From Oribacterium sp. (GTDB lineage: Bacteria; Bacillota; Clostridia; Lachnospirales; Lachnospiraceae): a stretch of DNA of 64,000 bases. The stretch lies in NCBI GenBank assembly GCA_024689585.1, contig JAILDF010000074.1, forward strand, positions 6-64,005. Reading direction: 5' to 3'. Under the pieces are notes generated by a model. It was given only the letters and a program-made list of their open reading frames with translations. It was not told the origin of the DNA and did not search any database. Positions 25,222 through 34,524 of the stretch are shown here, piece by piece. The position numbers were made by a program, and so were the translations under genes. Every line of letters starts with the position of its first letter. Position 1 is the stretch's first letter.

Positions 25222-25232
25222 GATTGAGGAAT

Positions 25233-25266
25233 AAAAAAGATGCCTGAGTTTGTACTCTGGCATCTT
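25233..25266 (-). terminator. Terminator after tRNA-Leu
   Basis: AAGATGCC.GAGT...ACTC.GGCATCTT followed by a T-run on the minus strand. Confidence 0.75.
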
Positions 25267-25275
25267 GATTTCTAC

Positions 25276-25358
25276 TGCGGAGAAAGGGACTTGAACCCTC
25301 ATGAGTGTTACCTCACACGGACCTGAACCGTGCGCGTCTGCCATTCCGCCACCTCCGC
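25276..25358 (-). tRNA. tRNA-Leu (CAG)
   Basis: GCGGAGG...CACGG-TTCAGGT-CCGTG, long variable arm, GAGGG-TTCAAGT-CCCTT, discriminator A. Confidence 0.96.
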
Positions 25359-25368
25359 GAACCATTAG

Positions 25369-25397
25369 ATATTAGCATATTAGGATTGCCCCGTCAA
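25369..25397 (-). promoter_or_regulatory. Sigma-A promoter of tRNA-Leu
   Basis: TTGACG-17 bp-TAATAT with TG extension. Confidence 0.65.
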
Positions 25398-25507
25398 CAT
25401 CAAAATAAGCAGGGATCAGAGCTTAAGACTGCGTGAAATGCGGGAATAAAGTGAAGTTACGGGAATGACAAGAGAAAAACCATATGGATTTTCCTGGGCC
25501 GCTCAAA

Positions 25508-25540
25508 GAAAAAAATACCCGGTGTTTTAACACCGGGTAT
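25508..25540 (-). terminator. Terminator after rplT
   Basis: ATACCCGGTG-TT...CACCGGGTAT followed by a T-run on the minus strand. Confidence 0.8.
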
Positions 25541-25562
25541 AGTGATCATTCTCTGATTCAGA

Positions 25563-25919
25563 TTACTTGTTGATCTGAGCCTTAGCTGTCTCAGCAAGCT
25601 TTGCAAATCCCTCAGGATCAGCGATAGCTACCTCTGAAAGCATCTTACGGTTCATGTCAACACCAGCTGACTTAAGACCGAACATGAACTTGCTGTATGA
25701 AAGACCATTAAGTCTAGCTGCAGCATTGATACGTGCGATCCAAAGCTGTCTGAACTGTCTCTTTCTCTCCTTACGTCCTCTGTAAGACTCTGTGAGAGCT
25801 CTCATTACGCTCTGCTTAGCTACTCTGTAGTGTTTTGAACGAGATCCTCTGTAGCCCTTAGCAAGCTTGAGTACTCTATTATGCTTCTTCTTAGCGTTTA
25901 ATCCGCCCTTAATTCTCAT
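25563..25919 (-). CDS. rplT: 50S ribosomal protein L20
   Basis: [29 protein letters not shown]. Confidence 0.98.
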   Translation of the reverse strand: MRIKGGLNAKKKHNRVLKLAKGYRGSRSKHYRVAKQSVMRALTESYRGRKERKRQFRQLWIARINAAARLNGLSYSKFMFGLKSAGVDMNRKMLSEVAIADPEGFAKLAETAKAQINK

Positions 25920-25949
25920 TTTAATTTCCTCCTCTAAAGACTACAAAAA

Positions 25950-26153
25950 TTAAAGATATGGAAGAATCTTCTTCATTGTCTTTACGTTTGTTGCATCAAC
26001 AACGATATCCTTGCGAAGACCTCTCTTACGCTTAGTTGTCTTCTTTGTAAGGATGTGTCTCTTATAAGCCTTGTTTCTTACGAGCTTACCAGTTCCGGTA
26101 ACCTTAAAGCGCTTAGCAGCTGCTTTCTTTGTCTTAAGCTTTAACTGTGCCAT
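25950..26153 (-). CDS. rpmI: 50S ribosomal protein L35
   Basis: [25 protein letters not shown]. Confidence 0.97.
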   Translation of the reverse strand: MAQLKLKTKKAAAKRFKVTGTGKLVRNKAYKRHILTKKTTKRKRGLRKDIVVDATNVKTMKKILPYL

Positions 26154-26170
26154 ATTAGCCTCCTGTGAAT

Positions 26171-26692
26171 TTACTTTTTAGGACTTATAACAATCGCCAT
26201 ATTTCTGCCTTCGATTTTTGCAGGTTTATCAAGGATCGCAATGTCCTTTAATTTCTCTGCAAACTCGTCAAGGATGTACTTGGACTGATTCATACGGGAC
26301 ATCTCACGTCCTCTGAATCTGAGAGCAACCTTAACCTTGTTGCCCTTTTCAAGGAATTTTCTGGCAGCCGACAACTTTGTATTGAGATCATTTGTATCGA
26401 TGTTTGGTGTCATACGAATCTCTTTGATCTCGGTTACATGCTGATTCTTCTTGGCCTCTTTTTCCTTACGCATCATCTCATAGCGATACTTACCGAAATC
26501 GGCAATCTTGACAACAGGCGGCGTTGCATTGGCTGCTATCTTGATGAGATCAAGATCAGCGTCTTTTGCCATCATGTAAGCTTCCTTGGAGGACATAACA
26601 CCTAACTGGTCTCCGTTTGCACCAATGACTCTTACTTCTTTGTCTCTAATCTGTTCGTTAATTTCGATGTCTGCGTTTTTCTTAATAGCCAT
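26171..26692 (-). CDS. infC: Translation initiation factor IF-3
   Basis: [41 protein letters not shown]. Start is ATG 26692 or ATT 26686. Confidence 0.96.
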   Translation of the reverse strand: MAIKKNADIEINEQIRDKEVRVIGANGDQLGVMSSKEAYMMAKDADLDLIKIAANATPPVVKIADFGKYRYEMMRKEKEAKKNQHVTEIKEIRMTPNIDTNDLNTKLSAARKFLEKGNKVKVALRFRGREMSRMNQSKYILDEFAEKLKDIAILDKPAKIEGRNMAIVISPKK

Positions 26693-26721
26693 AAACTCCT
26701 CTCCGTGATACAAGCTGTTAA

Positions 26722-26845
26722 AACAAAAAATATGGTGGATTGTAAGCCAAATCCACCATAATGAAAATACACGAAGTAATAATCAAATATGAACCCGGGT
26801 CAGTATCGTACTGCCGAGGTGAGGTGGATACCTACTTTCCTGTGT
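26722..26845 (-). promoter_or_regulatory. L20 leader (ribosomal protein autoregulatory attenuator)
   Basis: AAGTAGGTATCCACCTCACCT... followed by an ATGGTGGAT/ATCCACCAT terminator and T-run; ATCCACC can also pair as an antiterminator. Canonical position upstream of infC-rpmI-rplT. Confidence 0.8.
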
Positions 26846-26861
26846 CTTAATAGACTTATGA

Positions 26862-26890
26862 AGTCTAACATTTCTTATATTAGCTGTCAA
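26862..26890 (-). promoter_or_regulatory. Sigma-A promoter of the infC operon
   Basis: TTGACA-17 bp-TAGACT with TG extension. Confidence 0.75.
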
Positions 26891-26920
26891 GCGATTTTTG
26901 AAAAATGCCTGATCAGTCTG

Positions 26921-27526
26921 TTATTCCGGTTTGTCCGGTGAATCGATTATGTCATCGATTATCTTATAGATCTCCTGCAGACCCTGCTTGGTTTCGGCCG
27001 AGAAAGGAATCATGACACAATTCTCGGTTGCGTTAAGACATTTTCTTATATCTGCAATCTGCTTCTTGATCTGAGATCTTTTAATTTTATCAACTTTGGT
27101 AAGTATGACGATGGGTTCAAATCCTGTGGACTGCTTTACGAAATCAAACATCTGCATATCCTGTTTTGACGGATCGTGACGTATGTCCACAAACTGAATG
27201 ACCTCTTCGATATCTTCCGAGGTCTCCAGATACTTGTTTATCATACGTCCCCATTTTTCCTGCTCTACAGCTCCTGTTGCGGCATAACCGTAGCCCGGAA
27301 GGTCAACCAGATAAAATTGATCGTTAATATTGTAAAAATTTATGGTTCGTGTCTTACCGGGGGTCGAACTTGTTCTGGCGTAATTTTTCCGGTTGATAAA
27401 AGCATTAATGAAGGAGGACTTTCCTACATTTGACCTTCCTGCCATAACAAATTCAGGCTTCCCTGTAGAGGGAAGCTCTGATTTGACACCTAATACCTGA
27501 TCGAGATTGACTGATAAGATTTTCAA
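26921..27526 (-). CDS. engB: Ribosome biogenesis GTPase EngB/YsxC
   Basis: GRSNVGKSS, PGKT, DLPGYG, TKVDK. Start moved to TTG 27526 (RBS AAGGAG). Confidence 0.93.
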   Translation of the reverse strand: MKILSVNLDQVLGVKSELPSTGKPEFVMAGRSNVGKSSFINAFINRKNYARTSSTPGKTRTINFYNINDQFYLVDLPGYGYAATGAVEQEKWGRMINKYLETSEDIEEVIQFVDIRHDPSKQDMQMFDFVKQSTGFEPIVILTKVDKIKRSQIKKQIADIRKCLNATENCVMIPFSAETKQGLQEIYKIIDDIIDSPDKPE

Positions 27527-27557
27527 TGATTTCTCCTTTATGGTCCGACAGTCAGAG

Positions 27558-28856
27558 TTATGCTGATTGATTCTCACCTTTATTGAAGAATGAAGAGTCT
27601 TTACGTGATTTCTTTGATTGATCCTCATCCTTATGGGTTATTACAGGATCACCGTTGTTGCTGACAACATCCTCAGTTATCTCTACTGTTGAAATATCCG
27701 GCTCTGAAGGTATCTCATACATGATGTCTGTCATCATATCTTCCATGATAGATCGAAGACCTCTGGCACCGGTTTTTCTTGCTACAGCCTTCTGCGCGAT
27801 AGCTGATACGGCATCTTCTGTGAACTCAAGGTTTACGCCATCGATCTCGAACAATTTCTTATACTGCTTTATAAGGGCGTTCTTAGGAGTTGTAAGTATC
27901 TGTTTAAGTGTATCAACATCATGAGACTGCAATGTGACATCTACAGGTACTCTTCCTATGAACTCCGGTATGAGACCGAACTTTACAAGATCCTCAGGCT
28001 GAACTTCTTTGAGAACGTCATCGTAGTTTTCTTTGTTCTTTTCAACTATCTCGGCACCAAAACCTATGGAACCTGATGCAATACGCTTTTCAATAATATG
28101 CTCAAGTCCGTCAAATGCTCCTCCGCAGATGAAAAGGATATTGGTGGTATCTATCTGTATAAGCTCCTGCTGAGGGTGCTTTCTTCCTCCCTGAGGGGGC
28201 ACAGAAGCAACAGTACCTTCAAGGATCTTAAGAAGAGCCTGCTGAACACCTTCACCTGAAACATCACGGGTGATGGAAACATTCTCTGATTTCTTGGTGA
28301 TCTTATCGATCTCATCGATATATATGATACCTATTTCTGCACGCTTTATATCATAATCTGCTGCCTGTATAAGCTTAAGCAGGATATTCTCAACGTCCTC
28401 TCCTACATAGCCGGCTTCTGTCAATGCTGTCGCATCGGCAATGGCAAAAGGCACTCCAAGGATCTTGGCAAGTGTCTGTGCAAGATAGGTTTTTCCGGTA
28501 CCTGTAGGACCGATCATAAGAATATTTGACTTTTGTACGTCTATATCCTTAATCTTCGATGTGATTCTTTTATAGTGATTATAAACCGCAACGGAAAGAA
28601 CCTTTTTTGCATCATCCTGGCCTATTACAAATTCATCCAGGAAGTCCTTGATCTCCTTGGGCTTTAAAAGCCTGATGTCAGATGTATCTGCGGAAGAATC
28701 ATCGGAGCCGGTTTCTTCATCCAGGATTTCCTGGCATAAATCAACACACTCATCACAGATGTAGGTGTTATTAAGACCTGCAATAAGCTTATGCACCTGC
28801 TTGGCAGACTTTCCGCAAAAAGAACAGCGGATCTTGTCTTCGGGTTTCATTGCCAT
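27558..28856 (-). CDS. clpX: ATP-dependent Clp protease ATP-binding subunit ClpX
   Basis: CSFC...CDEC zinc finger, [11 protein letters not shown] loop, GARGLR. Confidence 0.98.
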   Translation of the reverse strand: MAMKPEDKIRCSFCGKSAKQVHKLIAGLNNTYICDECVDLCQEILDEETGSDDSSADTSDIRLLKPKEIKDFLDEFVIGQDDAKKVLSVAVYNHYKRITSKIKDIDVQKSNILMIGPTGTGKTYLAQTLAKILGVPFAIADATALTEAGYVGEDVENILLKLIQAADYDIKRAEIGIIYIDEIDKITKKSENVSITRDVSGEGVQQALLKILEGTVASVPPQGGRKHPQQELIQIDTTNILFICGGAFDGLEHIIEKRIASGSIGFGAEIVEKNKENYDDVLKEVQPEDLVKFGLIPEFIGRVPVDVTLQSHDVDTLKQILTTPKNALIKQYKKLFEIDGVNLEFTEDAVSAIAQKAVARKTGARGLRSIMEDMMTDIMYEIPSEPDISTVEITEDVVSNNGDPVITHKDEDQSKKSRKDSSFFNKGENQSA

Positions 28857-28922
28857 ATGTATACCTCATTATCAAATTGCCGGTTCTCGGGCTTCTCATC
28901 CGGAGAACCGGTATAAATACTG

Positions 28923-29549
28923 TTATTTTTTATCTTTGCTTGCAAGTCCCTGGTCACGTGATTTGAAAATATGATCAACGATGCCGTATTCGAGAGCCTG
29001 CTCTGCTGTCATCCAGTGATCTCGTTCTGTATCTGCCATGACCTTTTCAAAAGGCTGTCCGCAATTTGCTGCCAGAATCTCAGCCATATGCTTCTTTGTG
29101 CGAAGTATCCATTCTGCTGTGATCTGGATTTCGGTAGCCTGTCCCTGAGCTCCTCCGGATGGCTGATGGATCATAACCTCTGCATTGGGAAGGATCATTC
29201 GTTTTCCCTTTGTGCCTCCCGCAAGGAGAAATGCTCCCATGGAAGCTGCCATACCGACGCAGATTGTGGAAACATCACACTTGATATACTGCATTGTATC
29301 ATAAATGGCCATGCCGTCTGTAATGACACCGCCCGGGCTGTTGATATAAAGGCTGATATCCTTATCAGGGTCCTCGGACTCAAGGAATAAAAGCTGCGCA
29401 ACTACCAAAGATGCAGTGTCATGATTTACTTCATCGCCTAAAAATACAATACGCTCATTAAGGAGTCGTGAAAAAATGTCATAAGAACGTTCGCCTCTTG
29501 AGGTTGACTGAATGACATAAGGAATTGTTGTAATATCAGTAAAATTCAT
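28923..29549 (-). CDS. clpP: ATP-dependent Clp protease proteolytic subunit
   Basis: DIFSRLL, INSPGG, AASMG (Ser), MIHQP (His), ERD (Asp). Confidence 0.98.
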   Translation of the reverse strand: MNFTDITTIPYVIQSTSRGERSYDIFSRLLNERIVFLGDEVNHDTASLVVAQLLFLESEDPDKDISLYINSPGGVITDGMAIYDTMQYIKCDVSTICVGMAASMGAFLLAGGTKGKRMILPNAEVMIHQPSGGAQGQATEIQITAEWILRTKKHMAEILAANCGQPFEKVMADTERDHWMTAEQALEYGIVDHIFKSRDQGLASKDKK

Positions 29550-29572
29550 ATTTAACCCTCCATTTTAAGATT

Positions 29573-29601
29573 ATTCTACTATTGTCTAAAATCGAAAACA
29601 A
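29573..29601 (-). promoter_or_regulatory. Putative clpP promoter
   Basis: TTGTTT-17 bp-TAGAAT; the palindrome TGAAGTG-T-CACTTCA abuts the -35. Confidence 0.5.
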
Positions 29602-29643
29602 TGAAGTGTCACTTCACTATTGGATCCGGGTCGTATTAAGAAT

Positions 29644-29674
29644 AAAAAGGCGATGCAGAAAAATGCATCGCCTT
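29644..29674 (-). terminator. Terminator after tig
   Basis: AAAGGCGATGCA/TGCATCGCCTTT followed by a T-run. Confidence 0.8.
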
Positions 29675-29728
29675 TCTGATGGTTTTAAATATATGACAGT
29701 CTGTTAATTATTGATTCAGTCGATATAA

Positions 29729-31060
29729 TTACTCTGCTGACTCATCATTGTCAGACTTCTTTGACTTCTTCTCAGCCTTTACAAGATTTGCCTCAGAAAC
29801 GAGGAAGTCAACTGTCTCCTGGAATGCAAGATCCTTTCTCATGCTCTCCTTCTGGGAGTCGGTAACATTCTTCATGAGATCCTCATACTTCATCTTGTAA
29901 GACTCAGCAAGCTTCTTGAATTCCTCATCAATGCGCTCATCAGATACAGTAATGTTTTCAGCCTTCATAACTGCTTCGATAACAAGAGATGTCTTGATGT
30001 TTCTCTCTGCGCTCGGAACCATCTGCTCTCTGAGCTGCTGAACAGTCTGACCTGTGATCTTGAGATACTGATCCATAGGGATACCCTGCTGCTGAAGTCT
30101 CATCTGATAATCGTATACCATGTTATCAAGCTGGGACTCGATCATTGCCTTAGGAATATCTACAGAAGCATTCGCTACAACCTTTGCGATAACACTGTTC
30201 TCATTAGCGGTTGTTGCTGACTTTTCCTTTAAATCCTTAAGGCTCTTCTTGAGATCCTTCTTGTACTCTTCAAGTGTATCGAACTCGGAAACCTCTGAAG
30301 CGAACTCATCATCTGCTTCAGGTACCTGCTTCTCCTTTACAGCCTTGATGGTTGTCTTGAAAAGAGCTGCCTTTCCGGCAAGATCCTTTGCACCATACTC
30401 TTCAGGGAATGTAACATTAACATCAACGGTTTCGCCTGCTGAGTGACCGATAAGCTGATCCTCAAATCCCGGAATGAATGTTCCTGATCCGATTGTAAGA
30501 GGATAATCCTCTCCCTTGCCGCCTTCGAACTCCTTGCCGTCAACAGTTCCTACGAAATCGATGGTTGCGATATCATCCTTCTTGATAGCACGCTCTACAT
30601 CGATAACACGTGCGTTCTTTTCAAGCTCCTGCTTAAGCTTTTCGTTTACTTCCTTGGCAGATACGGTTGTATCAGCCTTCTCAACAGTTACACCCTTGTA
30701 CTCTCCAAGAGTTACTTCAGGCTTAACAGCTACTGTGGCTGTATAGATAAGATTCTTGTCCATACCGATCTGATCAACACCGATTTCAGGTCTTGATACG
30801 ATCTCGAGACCTGACTCCTTAGCGGCATCAGGGTATGTTTTGTCAAGAATCTCGTTAAGTGCTTCCTCAAAAAATACCTGTGGTCCGTAGGTCTTCTCGA
30901 TCATATCCTTAGGAACACGGCCTTTTCTGAAACCGGGGATGTTGAAACGTCCCTTGCTCTTGTTATATGCAACATCAATGGCCTTTAAAAACTCGGCATT
31001 GTCTACCTCTACGGTCAACTTGGCCATATTGTTTTCAAGATTTTCAACTTTAACGCTCAT
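29729..31060 (-). CDS. tig: Trigger factor
   Basis: GFRKGRVP ribosome-binding motif, FKBP domain (FEGG...FIPGFEDQLIG). Start ATG 31060 (RBS GGAGG). Confidence 0.97.
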   Translation of the reverse strand: MSVKVENLENNMAKLTVEVDNAEFLKAIDVAYNKSKGRFNIPGFRKGRVPKDMIEKTYGPQVFFEEALNEILDKTYPDAAKESGLEIVSRPEIGVDQIGMDKNLIYTATVAVKPEVTLGEYKGVTVEKADTTVSAKEVNEKLKQELEKNARVIDVERAIKKDDIATIDFVGTVDGKEFEGGKGEDYPLTIGSGTFIPGFEDQLIGHSAGETVDVNVTFPEEYGAKDLAGKAALFKTTIKAVKEKQVPEADDEFASEVSEFDTLEEYKKDLKKSLKDLKEKSATTANENSVIAKVVANASVDIPKAMIESQLDNMVYDYQMRLQQQGIPMDQYLKITGQTVQQLREQMVPSAERNIKTSLVIEAVMKAENITVSDERIDEEFKKLAESYKMKYEDLMKNVTDSQKESMRKDLAFQETVDFLVSEANLVKAEKKSKKSDNDESAE

Positions 31061-31157
31061 TAAGAGTACCTCCAAAACTTATCGTTTCTAAATTTTATAT
31101 GCAACCCACAGGGGAAATGCGCATACTTCTCCCGCGCGTAAGCACGTCCGAGTCAAG

Positions 31158-31186
31158 AGTATAACACGTACTTTTGCTTATATCAA
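31158..31186 (-). promoter_or_regulatory. Sigma-A promoter of tig
   Basis: TTGATA-17 bp-TATACT with TG extension. Confidence 0.65.
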
Positions 31187-31663
31187 GGATTTTTGCGAAG
31201 GCAGAATGCCTCTTGCTAGTCTGGAATTTGTATATTCACCGCCGGCGGTAACATCCGGGCCGAACCATTCCGGAGCTATAAAGGCGTTTTCCTCTTCTAT
31301 GGTTTCAAATTCAACTTCTACAAGACTGAAACCGGAAAGCTCTCCTTCAAAAATATCAAGCTCGGCAGTGTGTTTTCCTACGGGTATCATGTATCTTTTT
31401 TTTCTGATTACCGATCCCTCGTGCTTTTTCAGGAGATTTTCATAAGATGCCTTGTCCAACGGCAGGTTATATTCTTCATGAAAAAAATCGCCGATGCCTT
31501 TATAGGTCAGTTCGTATTTGTCGGTTTCCTTACTTTCGTCATGGCGTATTCTTATGGTGGGACTAAAGTTAAGGTAAGCCTGCTCCAGAAGACGTACCGG
31601 ATACTGTTCCAGGTTCTCAGGCATCTTCCTTATCAAAAATTTGCGCTCAATTTCCATTCCCAT
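31178..31663 (-). CDS. CYTH-domain (triphosphate tunnel metalloenzyme) protein
   Basis: MEIERKFL (ExExK), IRIR, LTYKG, ELDIF, VEVEF, PEWFG.DVT. Start moved to ATG 31663 (RBS AGGAG). Confidence 0.9.
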   Translation of the reverse strand: MGMEIERKFLIRKMPENLEQYPVRLLEQAYLNFSPTIRIRHDESKETDKYELTYKGIGDFFHEEYNLPLDKASYENLLKKHEGSVIRKKRYMIPVGKHTAELDIFEGELSGFSLVEVEFETIEEENAFIAPEWFGPDVTAGGEYTNSRLARGILPSQKSLI

Positions 31664-31756
31664 GCTTGCTTCTCCTATGATGATCGGGCTCTTCCTGTAC
31701 TCGCCACGGGTCGCCTGTCTGCATAGCAGACATATTCTGTTCGACGGCTCTGTGAT

Positions 31757-31787
31757 AAAAAAAGAGCCGGGCATAAAGTCCGGCTCT
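31757..31787 (-). terminator. Terminator after rpsA
   Basis: AGAGCCGG/CCGGCTCT followed by T7. Confidence 0.8.
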
Positions 31788-31808
31788 GAAAACTCTGATC
31801 AATATAAA

Positions 31809-32948
31809 TTACTCAGCGTCTGTCTCTTCAATTCTCTCTGCTTCTGCTTTTCCGACTGCATCGATATCTACATCGGCAACGTCAGAATTCTCAGCATCCG
31901 GAAGAAGTGCCTTCATGCTAAGAGAGATCTTACGATTGTCAACATCAAGGTCTACAATCTTAGCCTCGATATCCTGTCCAACTGTAAGAACGTCAGCAGG
32001 CTTGTTTACGTGATCCTTTGAGATCTGAGATACATGAAGAAGTGCATCGATGCCCTTCTCAAGCTCGATAAATGCACCGAAGTCAGTCATACGGGCAACC
32101 TTGCCGCTTACTGTTGTACCAACAGCGAACTTAACCTCTGCATCCTTCCAAGGATTCTCATCAGGGAACTTACGTGTAAGAGCAATTCTCTCACCGTTAA
32201 TCTCCTTAACGAGAGCTGTAACTTCCTGACCCGGCTTAAAGATCTTCTTAGGATTCTCGATTCTTCCCCATGACATCTCTGAAATATGAAGAAGACCGTC
32301 AGCTCCGCCGAGATCGATAAATGCACCGAAATCAGTAAGATTCTTAACTACACCTGTACGAACATCGCCAACCTTTAACTCTGAGAAGAGCTTGTCATGC
32401 TGCTCTCTCTTTGTTGCAGTCATAAGTTGCTTTCTGTCACCGATGATTCTGCGCTTCATAGGGTTGAACTCAGTGATAACGAACTGAACATCCTCACCCT
32501 GATACTTGTTGAGATCTCTCTCGAATGTATCTGAAACAAGAGATGCAGGAATAAATACTCTTGCACCGTTAACTTCAACATTGAGACCGCCCTTAACAAC
32601 CTGAACAACCTTTCCTGTAAGGACTGTCTGATTCTCGTAAGCTTCCTTAAGCTCCTCTGATGCCTTGGAAGCAATAGCCTCTCTGTGAGAAAGAGCTACC
32701 TGACCTTCACCGTCATTTACCTTCTTTACTTTGCACTCAATCTCGTCACCAACATTGACTACTGTGGTAAGGTCTAATGTATTGTCTGCGCTGTAATCGC
32801 TTCTTGTCATGATTCCGTCTGACTTGTACCCAATGTTGAGTGCAATCTCATCAGGCTTAACACTGATAACTTTGCCAGTAACAATCTCCCCTGCATGAAT
32901 AGATTTTAATGATGCGTCAAGCATCTGTTCAAAACTCATTTCTGACAT
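31809..32948 (-). CDS. rpsA: 30S ribosomal protein S1 (four S1 domains)
   Basis: Four S1 repeats (FGAFIDLGGADGLLHISE). Start ATG 32948 (RBS GAGGAGG), overlapping ispH by 20 nt. Confidence 0.95.
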   Translation of the reverse strand: MSEMSFEQMLDASLKSIHAGEIVTGKVISVKPDEIALNIGYKSDGIMTRSDYSADNTLDLTTVVNVGDEIECKVKKVNDGEGQVALSHREAIASKASEELKEAYENQTVLTGKVVQVVKGGLNVEVNGARVFIPASLVSDTFERDLNKYQGEDVQFVITEFNPMKRRIIGDRKQLMTATKREQHDKLFSELKVGDVRTGVVKNLTDFGAFIDLGGADGLLHISEMSWGRIENPKKIFKPGQEVTALVKEINGERIALTRKFPDENPWKDAEVKFAVGTTVSGKVARMTDFGAFIELEKGIDALLHVSQISKDHVNKPADVLTVGQDIEAKIVDLDVDNRKISLSMKALLPDAENSDVADVDIDAVGKAEAERIEETDAE

Positions 32949-33801
32949 AATTTTGAACCTCCTCAATAATTTCTTTCGGGGTGCTTGCCCCAGCTGTAAT
33001 ACCTACGTTTTGAATCGCGTCATCGTAATTAAAGTCAAGATCGTGAACCGTCTGTATCAACTGGGTTTCCGGACACTGGTTTTTGCAAATCTCGAATAAC
33101 TTTTTTGTGTTAGATGAACTGCTTCCTCCAATGACTATCATGGCATCGGATCTTTTGGCAAGTTCCTTTGCTTCAGACTGTCTCTCGAAAGTCGCGTTAC
33201 AAATCGTATTAATAGCATTAACATCATAAAACTTTTTTTTCAAAATATCAATAATTTGTTGAAATTTGTCGGTGTTGAATGTTGTCTGTGCCACTACCGT
33301 AACTCTTTGGCCGTTTCCTTCCGGAAGCTTTTCGGCAGATTCTATATCAGGAATGGTAGAAATATCACCTTCGCCCCATCCTATGATCCCGATTATCTCC
33401 GGATGATCCGGATTGCCTATGACAAAAACTTTTTCCTTTTCGGAAGTATATTTTTTCGCCAGTCTCTGGATTTTTCTGACAAACGGGCAGGAGGCGTCGA
33501 TGGTTTCGATCTTTCGCTCATCCAGAATACTGTAAACGGACTTTGGTACTCCATGAGCCCTGATAATGACTATCCCGTCAGTAAGTGCTCTGAGATCGTC
33601 CTCTGTCTCAAGGATTTTAACTCCGTAAGAGGCTACCTTATTTACAACTGCTTCGTTATGAACTATAGGTCCGTAAGTATATATCTGCTTTCCGGAACCA
33701 TCCGGTTTATTTTTTTCTCTTTCGATTATCTCATAAACAGTATCAACTGCCTTTTGAACACCGAAACAGAAACCTGCTGTTTTTGCTAATGTTACATTCA
33801 T
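32929..33801 (-). CDS. ispH: 4-hydroxy-3-methylbut-2-enyl diphosphate reductase
   Basis: GFCFGV, VHN, RAHG, DASCP, HPE, TICNAT..RQ, SSN, GITAGASTP. Confidence 0.96.
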   Translation of the reverse strand: MNVTLAKTAGFCFGVQKAVDTVYEIIEREKNKPDGSGKQIYTYGPIVHNEAVVNKVASYGVKILETEDDLRALTDGIVIIRAHGVPKSVYSILDERKIETIDASCPFVRKIQRLAKKYTSEKEKVFVIGNPDHPEIIGIIGWGEGDISTIPDIESAEKLPEGNGQRVTVVAQTTFNTDKFQQIIDILKKKFYDVNAINTICNATFERQSEAKELAKRSDAMIVIGGSSSSNTKKLFEICKNQCPETQLIQTVHDLDFNYDDAIQNVGITAGASTPKEIIEEVQNYVRNEF

Positions 33802-34463
33802 CTCTTTATCACTATATCCAGAATACTGTCTATGGTTTCATCAATTGTAAGATCGGAGCTGTCAATGAGTACGGCATCCTCTACTTTAATGAGGGGGGAA
33901 TTTTCTCTGTGCATATCCCTGTAGTCACGTTCCGCGATCTCTTTCTCAACTTCTTTGATGTCGCAGGTCTCACCCTTCTCCATCAGTTCCTTTGCGCGGC
34001 GTCTTGCCCTTTCTTCTACCGAAGCTGTAAGATAAATCTTTGTATCTGCGTTTGGCAGAACCTTTGAACCGATATCACGACCGTCCATGACTACAGATGT
34101 TTTCGAGGCAAGCTTCTGCTGGAGGGCTACCAGCAGGTCTCTTACGGGCTGATACTGTGATACTGTTGAAGCGGCTGCCCCTACTTCCTGTGTTCTTATT
34201 TTAGAGCTTACATTTTCTCCATTGAGAAAAACCTGCTGTGCTCCTTCTTCGTCATAGCTTATGCTAATGTCTATATCCTTTATGCTGGCAACAACTGAGG
34301 ATTCATCATTTGTGTCTATTCCGTTGTTAAGGCAGTAAAGTCCCACTGCTCTGTACATGGCACCCGTGTCGATATAAACATAACCGAGTTCTCTGGCTAC
34401 CGCTTTTGCTATTGTTGATTTTCCTGCTCCGGCAGGTCCGTCGATTGCTATATTGTATGGCAT
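33798..34463 (-). CDS. cmk: Cytidylate kinase
   Basis: IAIDGPAGAGKST, DTGAMYR, MDGRDIG. Confidence 0.97.
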   Translation of the reverse strand: MPYNIAIDGPAGAGKSTIAKAVARELGYVYIDTGAMYRAVGLYCLNNGIDTNDESSVVASIKDIDISISYDEEGAQQVFLNGENVSSKIRTQEVGAAASTVSQYQPVRDLLVALQQKLASKTSVVMDGRDIGSKVLPNADTKIYLTASVEERARRRAKELMEKGETCDIKEVEKEIAERDYRDMHRENSPLIKVEDAVLIDSSDLTIDETIDSILDIVIKR

Positions 34464-34524
34464 AAATTCCTCCTGAATTATGTATCAATTAAAGAATTCA
34501 CTTTCTGATACCTGTTTTTGATTA

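Noticed and set aside
25090-25365. 91-aa ORF over tRNA-Leu
   Set aside because: It spans a tRNA, two terminators and a palindrome, so it is not a credible CDS.
33232-33241. A_AAA_AAG -1 slippery site in ispH
   Set aside because: The -1 frame stops within three codons and no stimulatory structure is evident. It is probably an incidental Lys-Lys-Lys run.
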